Below, piece after piece: positions 1 through 11,565 of a stretch of 64,000 nt of DNA (position 1 is its first letter; each line of letters opens with the position of its first letter). The stretch is from Octopus sinensis. Lineage: Eukaryota. The notes below the pieces were generated by a model. That model saw only the letters and a list, made by a program, of their open reading frames with translations. It ran no database searches and had not been told where the DNA came from. A program made the position numbers and the translations under genes. The stretch is from positions 14,136,001 to 14,200,000 of the forward strand of contig NC_043013.1 of the NCBI RefSeq assembly GCF_006345805.1, given 5' to 3'.

Positions 1-90
1 TATCACATTTTTCTTTGTGTGTGTGTTTGTATATATGTGTATGTGAGCATATGTATATATGCATATATATGTATGAGTACATTTATATAA

Positions 91-182
<92 letters not shown>

Positions 183-187
183 ATATA

Positions 188-297
<110 letters not shown>

Positions 298-304
298 ATA
301 TATA

Positions 305-2042
305 CATGGGTTGGACAAAATAATGGAAACACCTAGCGTCATAGCATCATAATTTTGGAATATCTATAAAACCGTTGAAAGCTTATTTACTTTTAACCTT
401 TTTTTATTTACTACTAGCAGTATCGCCCGGCGTTGCTCGGGTTTGTAAGGGAAATAACTATATAAGCATTTTTAGAGAGTTACTTCCCTTATAGATGCCA
501 ATTCGGGCTTTCTTAGCCATTTCTGTTTTGGTGTCTTCAAGCCATGAAGTCGTTGTTCTAAAAGAACGCTGGTCTCCTTGACAACGCTTTACGACGTTGA
601 TTTCCTTACACTCCCTTCCCCACAGCTTCACGAGGGAGGGAAGAAGGGGGAGAAGCAAACAGGTGCGGGTGTGACCATGAACGCCAACTCCGCCGCCATC
701 AACACACGAAAAATTATGCATTAAAATGGAATAAAAAATTATGTTAAATTATTTTTTAAATCGTAGACTCATCATAGACGCGCGCTAATACTCAGACGGG
801 CTTGATATTAATCACGACTATAAGATACCCGAATTTGGTTAACCTGCACCGCAAAATGTGGGAGTAGTTAAGAATCTAAATCGAAGGGGACAGACACTCA
901 CACAACTACAGTTTTATATATATAGATTAGTGTTGCTTAATATGTTTTGCTAAAATTGCTGTTTCTTTTCAGATATCATCAGAAAAAGGTAATTAAAATT
1001 CATTAAAATGACAGATCTATCGTACATTCAAAGAGGTCAAATGGCAGGCGCTAGCGGAATGAAAACAGTCAAAATGTTTGGTGTATCAAGAAGTACTGTC
1101 TCCAAAGTAATGATAGTCTTTGAGAAAGAGAGAAAAACCTCCTCGTCGAAATAAACTCAGAAGAAAACAAAAACTTTCAGATAGGGACCATGGACCATTA
1201 TGTAAATTGTTAGAAAGGATCACAAAAGTACAGCTCCCAAAATTTCTGCAGAGCTTAATGACCACCTTGAGAACCTAGTTTCCACAAAACTGTTCACCAG
1301 GAGCTGCACAAAGCTGGATTTCATAGGAGGGCTGCAATCAGAAAACCACCACTTTCAAAAACAAACGCTGCAAAGCATTTAGAGTGGAGTAAAAACCTAC
1401 AGAATTGGTCCCTAGAGCAGTGGAAGAATGTTATTTTTTCAGACGAGTCATCCTTTACCTTATTTCTAACCACTGGCCAAGTATATGTGTGGGGACAGCC
1501 AAAAGAAGCATTTGACTCAGACTGCCTTTTTCCAACTGTTAAACATGGAAGACGATCTGTAACGATCTGGGGCACTATGTCTTGGAAATCTGCCGGCCCA
1601 ATGGTTTCCCTTCATGACAGAATTAATAGTCAAGACTATTTAAGCATTTTATCTGATCAAATTTATCCTATGGTTGTGGAACTGTTTCTGGAAGGATACA
1701 CAATCTTTCAGGATGATAATGCACCAATTCACATGGCTAAAGTTGTTACTGAATGACACAAGGAACATTCTAGTGAAGTTAAACATCTTATCTGGCAACA
1801 TTTATGGTGCATTTTAGAAAAACAAGTAAGGAGTCAATATCCTTCACCATCATCACTACAAGAACTGGAGACTGTTTTAGCTGAAGAATGGACAAAAATT
1901 CCTTTGGAAACAATTCAAACCTTGTACGAGTCCATACCCCATAGAATTCAAGCTGTAATTACTGCCGAAAGTGGTCCTACCCCATATTAAAATATATTTG
2001 TTTGAAATTTTAAGGTGTTTTCATTATTTTGTCCAACCCCTG
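305..2042 (+). mobile_element. Tc1-family DNA transposon, defective
   Basis: 30-bp TIRs CATGGGTTGGACAAAATAATGGAAACACCT (305-334) and AGGTGTTTTCATTATTTTGTCCAACCCCTG (2013-2042), TA on both sides, inside a (TA)n tract. Transposase remnant ~1008-1990 (MTDLSYIQRGQM..., WKNVIFSDESSF, FQDDNAPIH, ...GPTPY*) with stops and frameshifts; the SPDLNPIE segment is deleted. Confidence 0.93.
414..926 (-). mobile_element. Non-autonomous Helitron copy 1, nested in the Tc1
   Basis: On the minus strand it starts TCTATATATATAAAA and ends with the GC hairpin CCCGAGCAACGCCGGG followed by CTAG. Inserted between A and T with no TSD. Two more copies at 10163 and 53283. Confidence 0.85.
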
Positions 2043-2083
2043 TATATATATGTGTGCATGTGTATATACATATACATATACAT

Positions 2084-2126
<43 letters not shown>

Positions 2127-2173
2127 CTAGCACGGAAAACGGACGTTAAACGATGATGATAATGATGATATAC

Positions 2174-2239
<66 letters not shown>

Positions 2240-2534
2240 ACATATATATATATGTGTGTGTGTATATATATTATCTGAAATTTATAGAATTAAATATCCA
2301 TCACAGCTGATCTTACCAATCGGTTTCACATAAAGAATACAATGGAGTGTTAGGTAACAATCCAATTATATACCTTTATGCTCATCAGAGATAGCTGATA
2401 TGGCAACTGCTCTTTTTCCTTTTACTTTGGAAAGGGTTTGGGGATTTACGGAATTTCAGGCAGTGAAAATATACTCACAGTTATACACCCTGTTTATAAG
2501 CTGCATCTGTTTCCTTTTTATCTTTCTTATCCAG

Positions 2535-2684
2535 GGGCCACTCGATATATTCAGTGCCAATAAACTTTGGACAGCACCTCGTGATATTCATTTGAAGAAA
2601 GATTCTCAGTACGGATTTGGTTTCAGCATCCGTGGGGATTGTCCAGTGAAGATCAACAGTATTGAACCAGAATCCCCAGCTGCG
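2535..2684 (+). CDS. RHPN2: Rhophilin (RHPN1/2-like) penultimate exon, first half of PDZ domain
   Basis: AG at 2533-34, GT at 2685-86, 150 nt, phase 0/0. GPLDIFSANKLWTAPRDIHLKKDSQYGFGFSIRGDCPVKINSIEPESPAA matches my recollection of vertebrate rhophilin GPLSVFSANKRWTPPR...LGFTLRGNAPV. Confidence 0.9.
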
Positions 2685-2819
2685 GTAAGAAGGACTTTGT
2701 TATGTTTTACTTTTCCTTGCTAATTAACCTGTGTCTAATGAGAGGGGGGAGGGGGGAGTGAGGGGGGAGAGAGGGAGTGAGAGAGTGAGAGAGAGATGGG
2801 AGTGAGAGAGGGGGAGTGA

Positions 2820-2862
<43 letters not shown>

Positions 2863-2989
2863 GTGATAGCAGCAACTAAAGTTTACACTGACAACTGTTT
2901 TATAATTAGATGCCAAACAGTCAATGGACTGCTGGATCCTAAAATGATGAGAGGAAAATTCCTGTCATTGAGAGAGAATCAAAATTTCA

Positions 2990-3360
2990 TGAACAGAAAA
3001 ACAGAGTCACAAACTACTGCGTGTGACTCACAAATTGGCAAGAGAGAGTCTCACAAATCAAAGAGGAAGACTCGCATATCAATGAGGAAGACTTACAAAC
3101 GTATAAGGGAGACTCATTTACAAGATAACGAGGGAGATTTCCTCACTAATATGGGAGACTCCACCAAATCTATGAGCAACACTCATTAAACCTTTGGAAA
3201 AAATTCAGATCTATGAGTGGGACTCACAAGTCTATGAGAAAGACTCACGAATCAATGGAGGAAACTCAAAAATTAGCAACAGGGCTCTCAAGCTAATAAG
3301 AGACACTCATCAAACTTAAAGAGTAACTCACAAGCCATTATGTGAGACTCACAAACCTAC
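2990..3360 (+). repeat. Degenerate ~22-25 bp minisatellite (GAGACTCACAAATCTATGAG-like)
   Basis: About 15 diverged recurrences of (G/A)GACTCACAAA in the last rhophilin intron. Confidence 0.6.
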
Positions 3361-3363
3361 AGG

Positions 3364-3517
3364 CAGTGGCAGACTGGGTCTAAAAATATTAGTTGCCAGG
3401 AGTCTAAGGGGGCCCACTTGCAACTACAAGGGGGTCCACCTGCAACTACAAGGGGGCCCACCTGCAACTACAAGGGGGTCCACCTGCAACTACAAGGGGA
3501 CCCACCCACAACTACAA
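3364..3517 (+). repeat. hAT-like terminus followed by 5 x 22-bp tandem repeat
   Basis: CAGTGGCAGACTGGG at 3364, then GGGGG(C/T)CCACCTGCAACTACAA units starting at 3408, 3430, 3452, 3474 and 3496. Confidence 0.7.
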
Positions 3518-4081
3518 TGTTACCATTTTATTTTTTTTTTGTTATTCTTTTCAACTGTCCTCAGTCAAATCGTCCAACCCATACTAGCATGGAAAGCAGA
3601 CGTTAAACGATGATGATGATGATGATGATGATTAAGGCAGCAAGTTAGCAGAGTCGTTAGCACGTTGAGTGAAATGCTTAGCAGAATTTCATCCATCTTT
3701 ATGGTCAGAGTTCAAATTCTGCCGAAGTTGACTTTGCCTTTTATCCTTTCAGGGTTGATGAAATAAGTACCAGTTACGTACTAGGGTTGATGTAATCGAC
3801 TAGCCCCCCTCCCCCACAATTTCCGGCCTTGTGCCTATAGTAGAAGGGATTTTATTTATTATCTAGTTCTCTAATTTTGTATTCCATACCCTCTGTTATC
3901 TCTTTCAATGTGATGGCATCTCCCTTTGATCAATGTGAACCCCACCTGTTTTTGTGTTTCTGTTTTTTGTTTTTGTTTTGTTTTGTGTGTTGTAACTGGT
4001 CCTTTGATATTATCCTCCATGTCTTGTGCCTCTGCGGCCAATAAAAGAAATCATTGTTATTATAATTATTACTGCTTTCAG

Positions 4082-4627
4082 GAGAGTGGTTTAAAAGCTG
4101 GAGATTACATTATTGCTATTGGCGAAGAGGATACAAAGTGGAGCATGCATGACGAAGCGGTGAAGCTGGTCCGTGGAGCAGGAGAGAGTCTGACGCTCAA
4201 AGTGGTGACGCCAATGGGTGAGAACATTCCAGAAGAATCACCATACTATGAGCGAAAGCGCTGCTCATCCGTCGGGTGTGTGTATCCAGCAAAAAGCACC
4301 GTTGATGACGACAACACAACTGACACAATTTTGAAGAATCAATCTCAGAGACACAACAGTGTCCACAACGGTGTTAAGAATATCAGTAATCACATTGATA
4401 ATGATCACAGCAACAACAACAACAACAACATCAACACTAGCAATACAAACGGTGATCTCACTACTCACACTGCAACCACCAACAACAACTCCAGTAAAGA
4501 CTTTAACAGACGTTCAAAAACAAGGAACAAATTCAGTGCAACATGGCAGTTTATTCGAAAGAATTCCAGCAAAGTGTTCAATAAATTTGAGAAGAAAAGT
4601 AAACAAGACGACCTGGCTTCACGGTGA
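4082..4627 (+). CDS. RHPN2: Rhophilin terminal exon: second half of PDZ plus long Asn/Thr-rich tail
   Basis: tttcAG acceptor at 4080-81. ESGLKAGDYIIAIGEEDTKWSMHDEAVKLVRGAGESLTLKVVTPM continues the PDZ in frame with the previous exon (cf. rhophilin AGAREGDYIVSI...CKW...EV.KLL...KVV). Stop TGA at 4625-27. Confidence 0.88.
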   Translation, partial: ESGLKAGDYIIAIGEEDTKWSMHDEAVKLVRGAGESLTLKVVTPMGENIPEESPYYERKRCSSVGCVYPAKSTVDDDNTTDTILKNQSQRHNSVHNGVKNISNHIDNDHSNNNNNNINTSNTNGDLTTHTATTNNNSSKDFNRRSKTRNKFSATWQFIRKNSSKVFNKFEKKSKQDDLASR

Positions 4628-4837
4628 TTCCTTACTGCCACGTTGCCAATTTCAAAGACCTTTTCTTCGATGTTTGAAAACATTGGCTTATAATTTTAAG
4701 AAATATTGTAATATTTACCTACAAACCATCATGTTTTAGGGTTTATCCTGTTTTATACTAAATTTCATATCAAAACTATGCTTTGGACAAATAAATGAAA
4801 TAGACCTGTACATATAAGTATGGATGTGTGTGTGCGT

Positions 4838-4885
<48 letters not shown>

Positions 4886-5079
4886 ATGCACACATATACA
4901 TAAATAATTAATAATGATGTCAAATCAAACAATGATATTTTGAAAGCATTTAACATGCATGTTTCAGATCTGCAAAATATGCAGCAATACGAAATACATC
5001 CCATTATGAAAACCCTTCTTCAATTAATACAGTTCAGAATATGCATATATATACATATACACATAAATAAGTGTGCATG

Positions 5080-5126
<47 letters not shown>

Positions 5127-5285
5127 GTACATGCATACATACATACATATATATACACACACACACACATATATGTGTGTGTGTATGTATGTATATACAT
5201 ACATACATACATACATACATACATTGTAATATCTGTAAGTTGATGAACAAACTAAATTTGTTTCTCCATTTTCTTATTTGTATTA

Positions 5286-5321
<36 letters not shown>

Positions 5322-6105
5322 TGTATGTATGTATATACATACATATATATGTATATTTGTGTGTGTGTTTGTGTGTGTGCGTAACTTTTACAAGGTAAAG
5401 GTTGATAGTGACCTTAGAATTTTGGTTTGTTTGCCTTCGTCCGATGCAGGTGATCAAGACCCAAACTTCAAAGCCACTGCAAAAACCTTTCCTTTGTAAA
5501 TAAATGTTTAACAAATATATGTACACAACTAAAAAGTATTGAGTACTCCTTCAGTCTGATGAGAAAACTATTTTTATATATTACTTGACATAAAAAACAA
5601 ACATTAATATAAATACATACATATAAATTATAAGGTGTTTTAAATATATATATATATATCCCCTTAACACCTCAATTTAAGATTTAAGCTCAGCTTGTCA
5701 GCATTGTGTTTCCCATTCTCTCCCTCGGAGTCAGGGAGGCTCCATGGTCTTGCATCCTCACCAGTGTTGGTGCAATGAGAAATTGCACCCAGTACACTCT
5801 GTAAAGGGGTTCATGAATGAGTGGAAATAACAAAAGGTCAAGAGGACCCTTGCTGATGATACAATATTTTTCGGGCCATACTAAAATGTACCCAAAACAT
5901 CCCGTCATAAAAAACTGTGCCAGCCTGTCTAGGGAAGAAGGAGCCATGAAGAATTGATTTGTATCCGATAATGGACTGTTTAAGCCATGCCAGCATTGAA
6001 AGTTGAAATAATGATGTTGTGATCACAAATACACACACACACCTCTACATGTGTGTGTGTTTGTGCGCGTGTGTATGTATATATGTATATATATATATAT
6101 ATATA

Positions 6106-6140
<35 letters not shown>

Positions 6141-6207
6141 AATAATATATATATATGTATATATATATATTATACGTATGTATATAATATATATATAATA
6201 TATATAT

Positions 6208-6244
<37 letters not shown>

Positions 6245-6631
6245 GTTTATTTATTTATTTATGTGTGTGAGTTTGTATATATGTAGTCAAAGACTTCTTT
6301 TTGTTACTTTTGTTGATTTCCATGGCTCTCTGTCGCATCCATTTCCATTATTATTATGAATATGAATTGGGAGCTTGAGTCATAGTAAATCTATAATTAA
6401 CTGATTGCACAACCATGGACACCACCCATATGAATGCATTGCAGTTACTCTGTTAATGAGTTTCGTGATCCTCATCATAGATCTTCAAGGATTCCTCTGC
6501 TTAGCACCAATGTAAGAAGCACCATTGGCCTAGTCGGGATCTTCCACTATCTGTTCACAATCTGCCACGCTGCAGTCCCATGACTTCACCATATTCCTAC
6601 AGGATAGCTGGATGGGTGCTACACCTTGCTA

Positions 6632-7252
6632 ATAATAATAATAATAATAATAAACATTGTGTACAGTGCTCAGGTGCACTACAACTCATCTAAAGTGTAT
6701 ATATAATCAGGTGTAGTTTCGACGGATTTCGGAAAGCATGAGGGCCTTAAAGGATGCAGTGTCATGGCAGTCAACAACTGATGCAGGCAGTTTATTCCAT
6801 GCTTCAGCAACTCTGAGCGTGAAGAAATGTTTCCGAAAGTCATGGGAGCTGTGTTGTTTTCTGACTTTGTAGGCATGTCCACGTGTGTTAGACACATGGA
6901 GATCAAAAAGGTGTTCAGTGTTGTTATTGGTGAGGTGGTTGACAACTTTGTGGGCGTTTACCAAGTCCGTCGCCAGATGCCGGAGCTTCAGTGAATCCAT
7001 GCCCAGGGAAACAAGGCACTCAGAATATGGTAGGTGTCTGATGGTGGGTATGCGTTTGGTCTGAACAGATTCCAGGAGGTCAATGTTCTGAGCAAGATAG
7101 GGGTTCCTAACTGATGATGCGAATTCCAAGTGTGGTCATACCATAGCTGTATACAGTTTTAAATAGATGGCTGGAGAGCGGCTAACAAAAGTCTTGCTGA
7201 GTGATGCCAAGACACCCTCGGCCTTCTTGACAATTTTAAGGGCAGCCTGTAA
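6632..7252 (-). mobile_element. 5'-truncated CR1-clade LINE 3' end
   Basis: ORF 6707-7129(-) has the CR1 ORF2 C-terminal signature (EFASSV.NPY, TRGH.YK, FFTLRVAEAWNKLP). (ATT)n tail at 6632-6654. Confidence 0.85.
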
Positions 7253-7426
7253 CTATACAGTGCGTGGTCATCACTTTGTGAGGTATTTTCAAATACCCGC
7301 ATACCCAAATAATTAAAGCTATCCATACACATGTGTCAACAACATTTTCATCATTACTGTTTTACATCTGTTTTCAATGCTAGCGTAGATGGTATACATG
7401 TGGTAATGTTTTGAGTCGCTATATAC

Positions 7427-7458
<32 letters not shown>

Positions 7459-7459
7459 C

Positions 7460-9683
7460 TCCTAGCCAAAGATAAGCCCCTGTACCTGGCTTTCGTTGAC
7501 ATGGAGAAAGCTTTTGATAGGGTCCCCCGATCCCTTATCTGGTGGTCAATGAGGAAACTAGGTAGATGAATGGCTGGTGAGGACTGTGCAAGCCATGTAC
7601 AGAGATGCCGTAAGTAAGGTTAGGGTTGGCAACATGTACACAGAAGAATTCAAAGTAGAGGTTGGGGTCCACCAGGGTTCAGTACTCAGCCCCCTCCTAT
7701 TTATCATAGTACTCCAGGCAATTACGGAGGAATTCAAGACAGGCTGTCCCTGGGAGCTCCTCTACGCTGACGACCTTGCTCTTATTGCTGAGTCACTATC
7801 AGAACTGGAGAGAAGTTCCAGGTGTGGAAGGAGGGTTTAGAATCAAGGGGCCTTAGAGTCAACCTAGCTAAAACCAAAGTACTAATAAGTAGAAAGGTAG
7901 ACAATCCACAAATATCTTCAGGAAGATGGCCCTGCTCGATCTGTAGAAAAGTGTGGTAGGTAAAACTCTATAAGATGTACCCAGTGTAAGCTATGGACAC
8001 ATAAGAGGTGCAGCAATGTCAAAGGTAGGCTAACTGGGAAGATAGTTTTTGTATGTGGCAGATGCTCGGGAGCATTAACCTCCGAAAATCTGCAGAAAAC
8101 AACTTCCGTCACTTTCCAGGGGGAAAACTAGAAGTAGTTGATAGCTTCCGTTATCTAGGTGACCAAGTCAGTAGTGGGGGTGGGTGCGCTGAAAGTGTAA
8201 CTGCTAGAATAAGAATAGCCTGGGCAAAGTTTAGGGAGCTCTTACCTCTGCTGGTGACTAAAGGCCTCTCGCTCAGAGTAAAAGGCAGACTGTATGATGC
8301 GTGTGTACGAACAGCCATGCTACATGGCAGCGAAACATGGCCGTGACTGCTGAGGACATGCGTAAGCTCGTGAGGAATGAAGCCAGTATGCTCCGATGGA
8401 TGTGTAATGTCAGTGTACATACTCGACAGAGCGTTAGCACCTTGAGAGAAATGTTGTACCTAAGAAGCATCAGTTGTGGTGTGCAAGAGAGACGATTGCA
8501 CTGGTATGGTCATGTGGCGAGAATGGATGAAGATAGGTGTGTGAGAAAGTGCCAATCCCTAGCAGTTGAGGGAACCCGTGGAAGAGGTAGACCCAGGAAA
8601 ACCTGGACGAGGTGGTGAAGCACGACCTTCGAACTTTAGGCCTCACTGAGGAAATGACCAGAGACCGAGACCTTGGAAATATTCTGTACGTGAGAAGACC
8701 AGGCAGGACAAGTGAGCCCAGCCCACTTATGAATGCCTTTCCTCCCTTGGACACAAAGACCGGTTGAGCAAGCGAATCGATAGAACCTCATCCACGACAG
8801 ACACCCATGCCAACCCCCCATGCTTGTGAAGACATGTTGGGGCAAGCGAAATCGAAATCGAAACCGAATTGAACCAGCCAGGATCCCTGGCCTGGTGGTA
8901 CGTAAAAGCAACTATCCGACTCGTGGCCGTGGCATGTAAAATACTCCAATGCGACCGTACGACAGGCACCCATGCCAACCCCCTTTGCTTGTGAAGACAT
9001 GTTGGGGCAAGCGAAATCGAAATCGAATTGAACCAGCCAGGATCCCTGGTCTGATGGTACGTAAAAAGCACTATCCCACTCGTGGCCGTGGCACGTAAAA
9101 ACTCCATGCGACTGTACGACAGGCACCCTTGCCAACCCCCTTTGCTTGTGAAGACATTTGGGGCAAGCGAAATCGAAATCGAATTGAACCAGCCAGGATC
9201 CCTGGTCTGATGGTACGTAAAAAGCACTATCCGACTCGTGGCCGTGGGACGTAAAATACTCCAATGCGACCGTACGACAGGCACCCTTGCCAACCCCCTT
9301 TGCTTGTGAAGACATGTTGGGGCAAGCGAAATCGAAATCGAATTGAACCAGCCAGGATCCCTGGTCTGGTGGTACGTAAAAAGCACTATCCGACTCGTGG
9401 CCGATGCCAGCACCCTCGACTGGCTTCCGTGCCGGTGGCACATAAAATACACCAATCTGACCGTGGCCGTTGCCAGCCCCGCCTGGCACCTGTGCAGGTG
9501 GCACGTAAAAAGCACCCACTACACTCACGGAGTGGTTGGCGTTAGGAAGGGCATCCAGCTGTAGAAACATTGCCAAATTAGACTGGAGCCTGGTGCAGCC
9601 TTCTGGCTTCCCAGAACCCCGGTCGAACCGTCCAACCCATGCTAGCATGGAGAACGGACGTTAAACGACGATGATGATGATGA

Positions 9684-9687
<4 letters not shown>
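7460..9687 (+). mobile_element. 5'-truncated RTE-clade LINE: RT, long 3' UTR, (GAT)n tail
   Basis: LYLAFVDMEKAFDRVP, GVHQGSVLSPLLF, LLYADDL, FRYLG, WYGHVARM and RGRGRPRKTW motifs across frameshifts. The 3' UTR ends CCATGCTAGCATGG...GTTAAACGACGATGATGAT. Flanked by (TA)n on both sides. Confidence 0.92.
8795..9402 (+). repeat. ~160-bp tandem array (about 3.8 units) in the RTE 3' UTR
   Basis: CGACAG(A/G)CACCC unit starts at 8795, 8960, 9117 and 9275. Confidence 0.9.
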
Positions 9688-9728
<41 letters not shown>

Positions 9729-9853
9729 TATATGCATACATTTAAATATATATATATGAAATATAAATTAGAGATAAAACCACTGTTGTGCAACTCAAAC
9801 AGTGATAGACATAAACCAAAACATAAAAAACAAATAAAATATATTTTTATAAA

Positions 9854-9885
<32 letters not shown>

Positions 9886-10131
9886 TTATATGGCGGTACC
9901 CCAGCTTGGCCACAGCTCGTGAGCTGAAACTAGATAAAATAAAAATAAAATAAAATATATATATATATATGTAAAAGTAAATAAATGGAGTTGACCGCAG
10001 GTGTTATTCAAATTCTTTTACTTTCGACATAAGTTTCGATGACAACTTTGGTTTTATTCCAAAGGAATATGGTAACTGTTTATTGAATTTTCCATGTTAA
10101 CTGTAAACAAAGGATAATTCATTCATCCATT

Positions 10132-10162
<31 letters not shown>

Positions 10163-10460
10163 CTAGCAGTATCGACCGGCGTTGCTCGGGTTTGTAAGGG
10201 AAATAACTATATAAGCATTTTTAGAGAGTTACTTCCCTTATATAATAGCGAAAAAATGCATTAAAATGAAAAAAAATGATGGTAAATTTTTTTTTAAATT
10301 GTAGACTCATCGTAGACACGCGCTAATACCCAGAAGGGCTCGATATGAATCACGACTATAAGATACCCGGTTTTGGTTAAACTGCACTGCAAAATGTGGG
10401 AGTAGTTAGGAATCTAAATCGTAGGAGACAGACACACAACCTTACTTTTATATATAATGA
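10163..10460 (-). mobile_element. Non-autonomous Helitron copy 2, shorter
   Basis: Same CTAG/hairpin end and body as 414-926, but lacks the ~220-bp internal segment. Confidence 0.8.
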
Positions 10461-10693
10461 TATATATTCAAAATTCAAATAAGTTGTCATTATCTCTAAA
10501 AAAATAATGATATGGTGGCCAGCAAACATAACCAAAATAGGCAAAATATATATTATTAAAAATGAGGGTAACGATATTCACCTGTTTGCTAGAAAGAAGA
10601 GTTAAAACTCTCCAAAGCCACACATCTCTCACGCTCACTGGCTTAGTGTTCATTGGGTATGTAAGTAATGATTAATGAGAGGGATGGAAGGTG

Positions 10694-10799
10694 GAAGACA
10701 TGAAAATCTTTATTGATCACTACAATTGTACACCTGTGAGGGATCAATGCTACAGGGATCGAAACATTTGCAGGGATCAATAAAGATTCTTTTATCTTC
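10694..10799. repeat. Imperfect 36-bp inverted repeat around a hammerhead-like core (Penelope-like junction)
   Basis: Arms 10694-10729 and 10764-10799 (about 7 mismatches). Core CTG-TGAG-GGATC...GATC-GAAAC. Confidence 0.5.
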
Positions 10800-10970
10800 C
10801 ATCTCTCTCACTTATTACATAGATAGATAGATAGACACATACATACATACATACATATATACATACATACAAACATACATACATACATACATATATACAT
10901 ACATACATACATACAAACATACATACATACTTACATACATACATACATACATACATACATGCATCACATG

Positions 10971-11272
10971 ATCACGTGACCGACCACGCCATCAGATGTT
11001 GCTACACATCGCTGGTCACAATGCACTTTGCATTGTTTTAGCTTTCAATGATGCCACCCCGCTGGCTAAGCGAGCAGGCCAACAGAAGAAAGAGTGAGGA
11101 AAAGTTGTGGTGAAAGAGTACAGCAGGAATCACCACCACCCCCTGCTGGAGTCGCGTGGAGCTTTAGGTGTTTTCGCTCAATAAACACTCACAACGTCCG
11201 ATCTGGGAATCAAAAGCACGATCCTATGATTGCGAGTCCGCTGCCCTAACCACTGGGCCATTGCACCTCCAC
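10971..11272 (-). mobile_element. tRNA-derived SINE family C
   Basis: Head GTGGAGGTGCAATGGCCCAGTGGTTAGGGCAGCGGACTCG (A box) with a decayed B box; (TATG)n at the tail. Homologous to 49548-49824. Confidence 0.8.
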
Positions 11273-11319
11273 ACATACATACATACATACATACACACAA
11301 ATATGTGTGTGTGTGTGTG

Positions 11320-11565
11320 TAAAGTGGATCAAAGGTCCCTCCTGAGGTTCAGAAGGCTAGTTTTCTGTGGCATATATACTCCTTCCACTTCCTGGACAGG
11401 ACATCCTGTTAAAGGATTACTCATTTTTGTCAGCTGAGTGGCCTGGAGTAATGTGACATGATGCATTTTGCTCAAGGACATAATACATTGCACAGTCCAG
11501 GAAGCAAAACCACAATCTTACAATCATGAGAGCAACACTTTGATTGATAAGCTATATGCCTCCAC
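11320..11565 (-). mobile_element. Decayed tRNA-derived SINE family D
   Basis: Similar to 19186 and 33091 (TGAGCAAAA...CCACTCAGCTG.CAAAAATGAGTAA). Confidence 0.55.

Noticed and set aside
2400-2723. ORF track start and end for the rhophilin ORFs (2400 and 3926)
   Set aside because: Homology and splice signals restrict coding to 2535-2684 and 4082-4627; the extensions are intronic read-through.
5690-6040. Possible terminal exon of a minus-strand gene
   Set aside because: The apparent acceptor region matches an RTE 3' UTR fragment and the peptides are unrecognisable; it may be rhophilin 3' UTR or intergenic.
8795-9402. CRISPR-like appearance of the regular arrays (also 41327-44111)
   Set aside because: The whole unit repeats with no unique spacers, there are no cas genes, and the context is eukaryotic.
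8727-9648. 262- and 286-aa minus-strand ORFs
   Set aside because: They are antisense readings of the 160-bp tandem array in the RTE 3' UTR.
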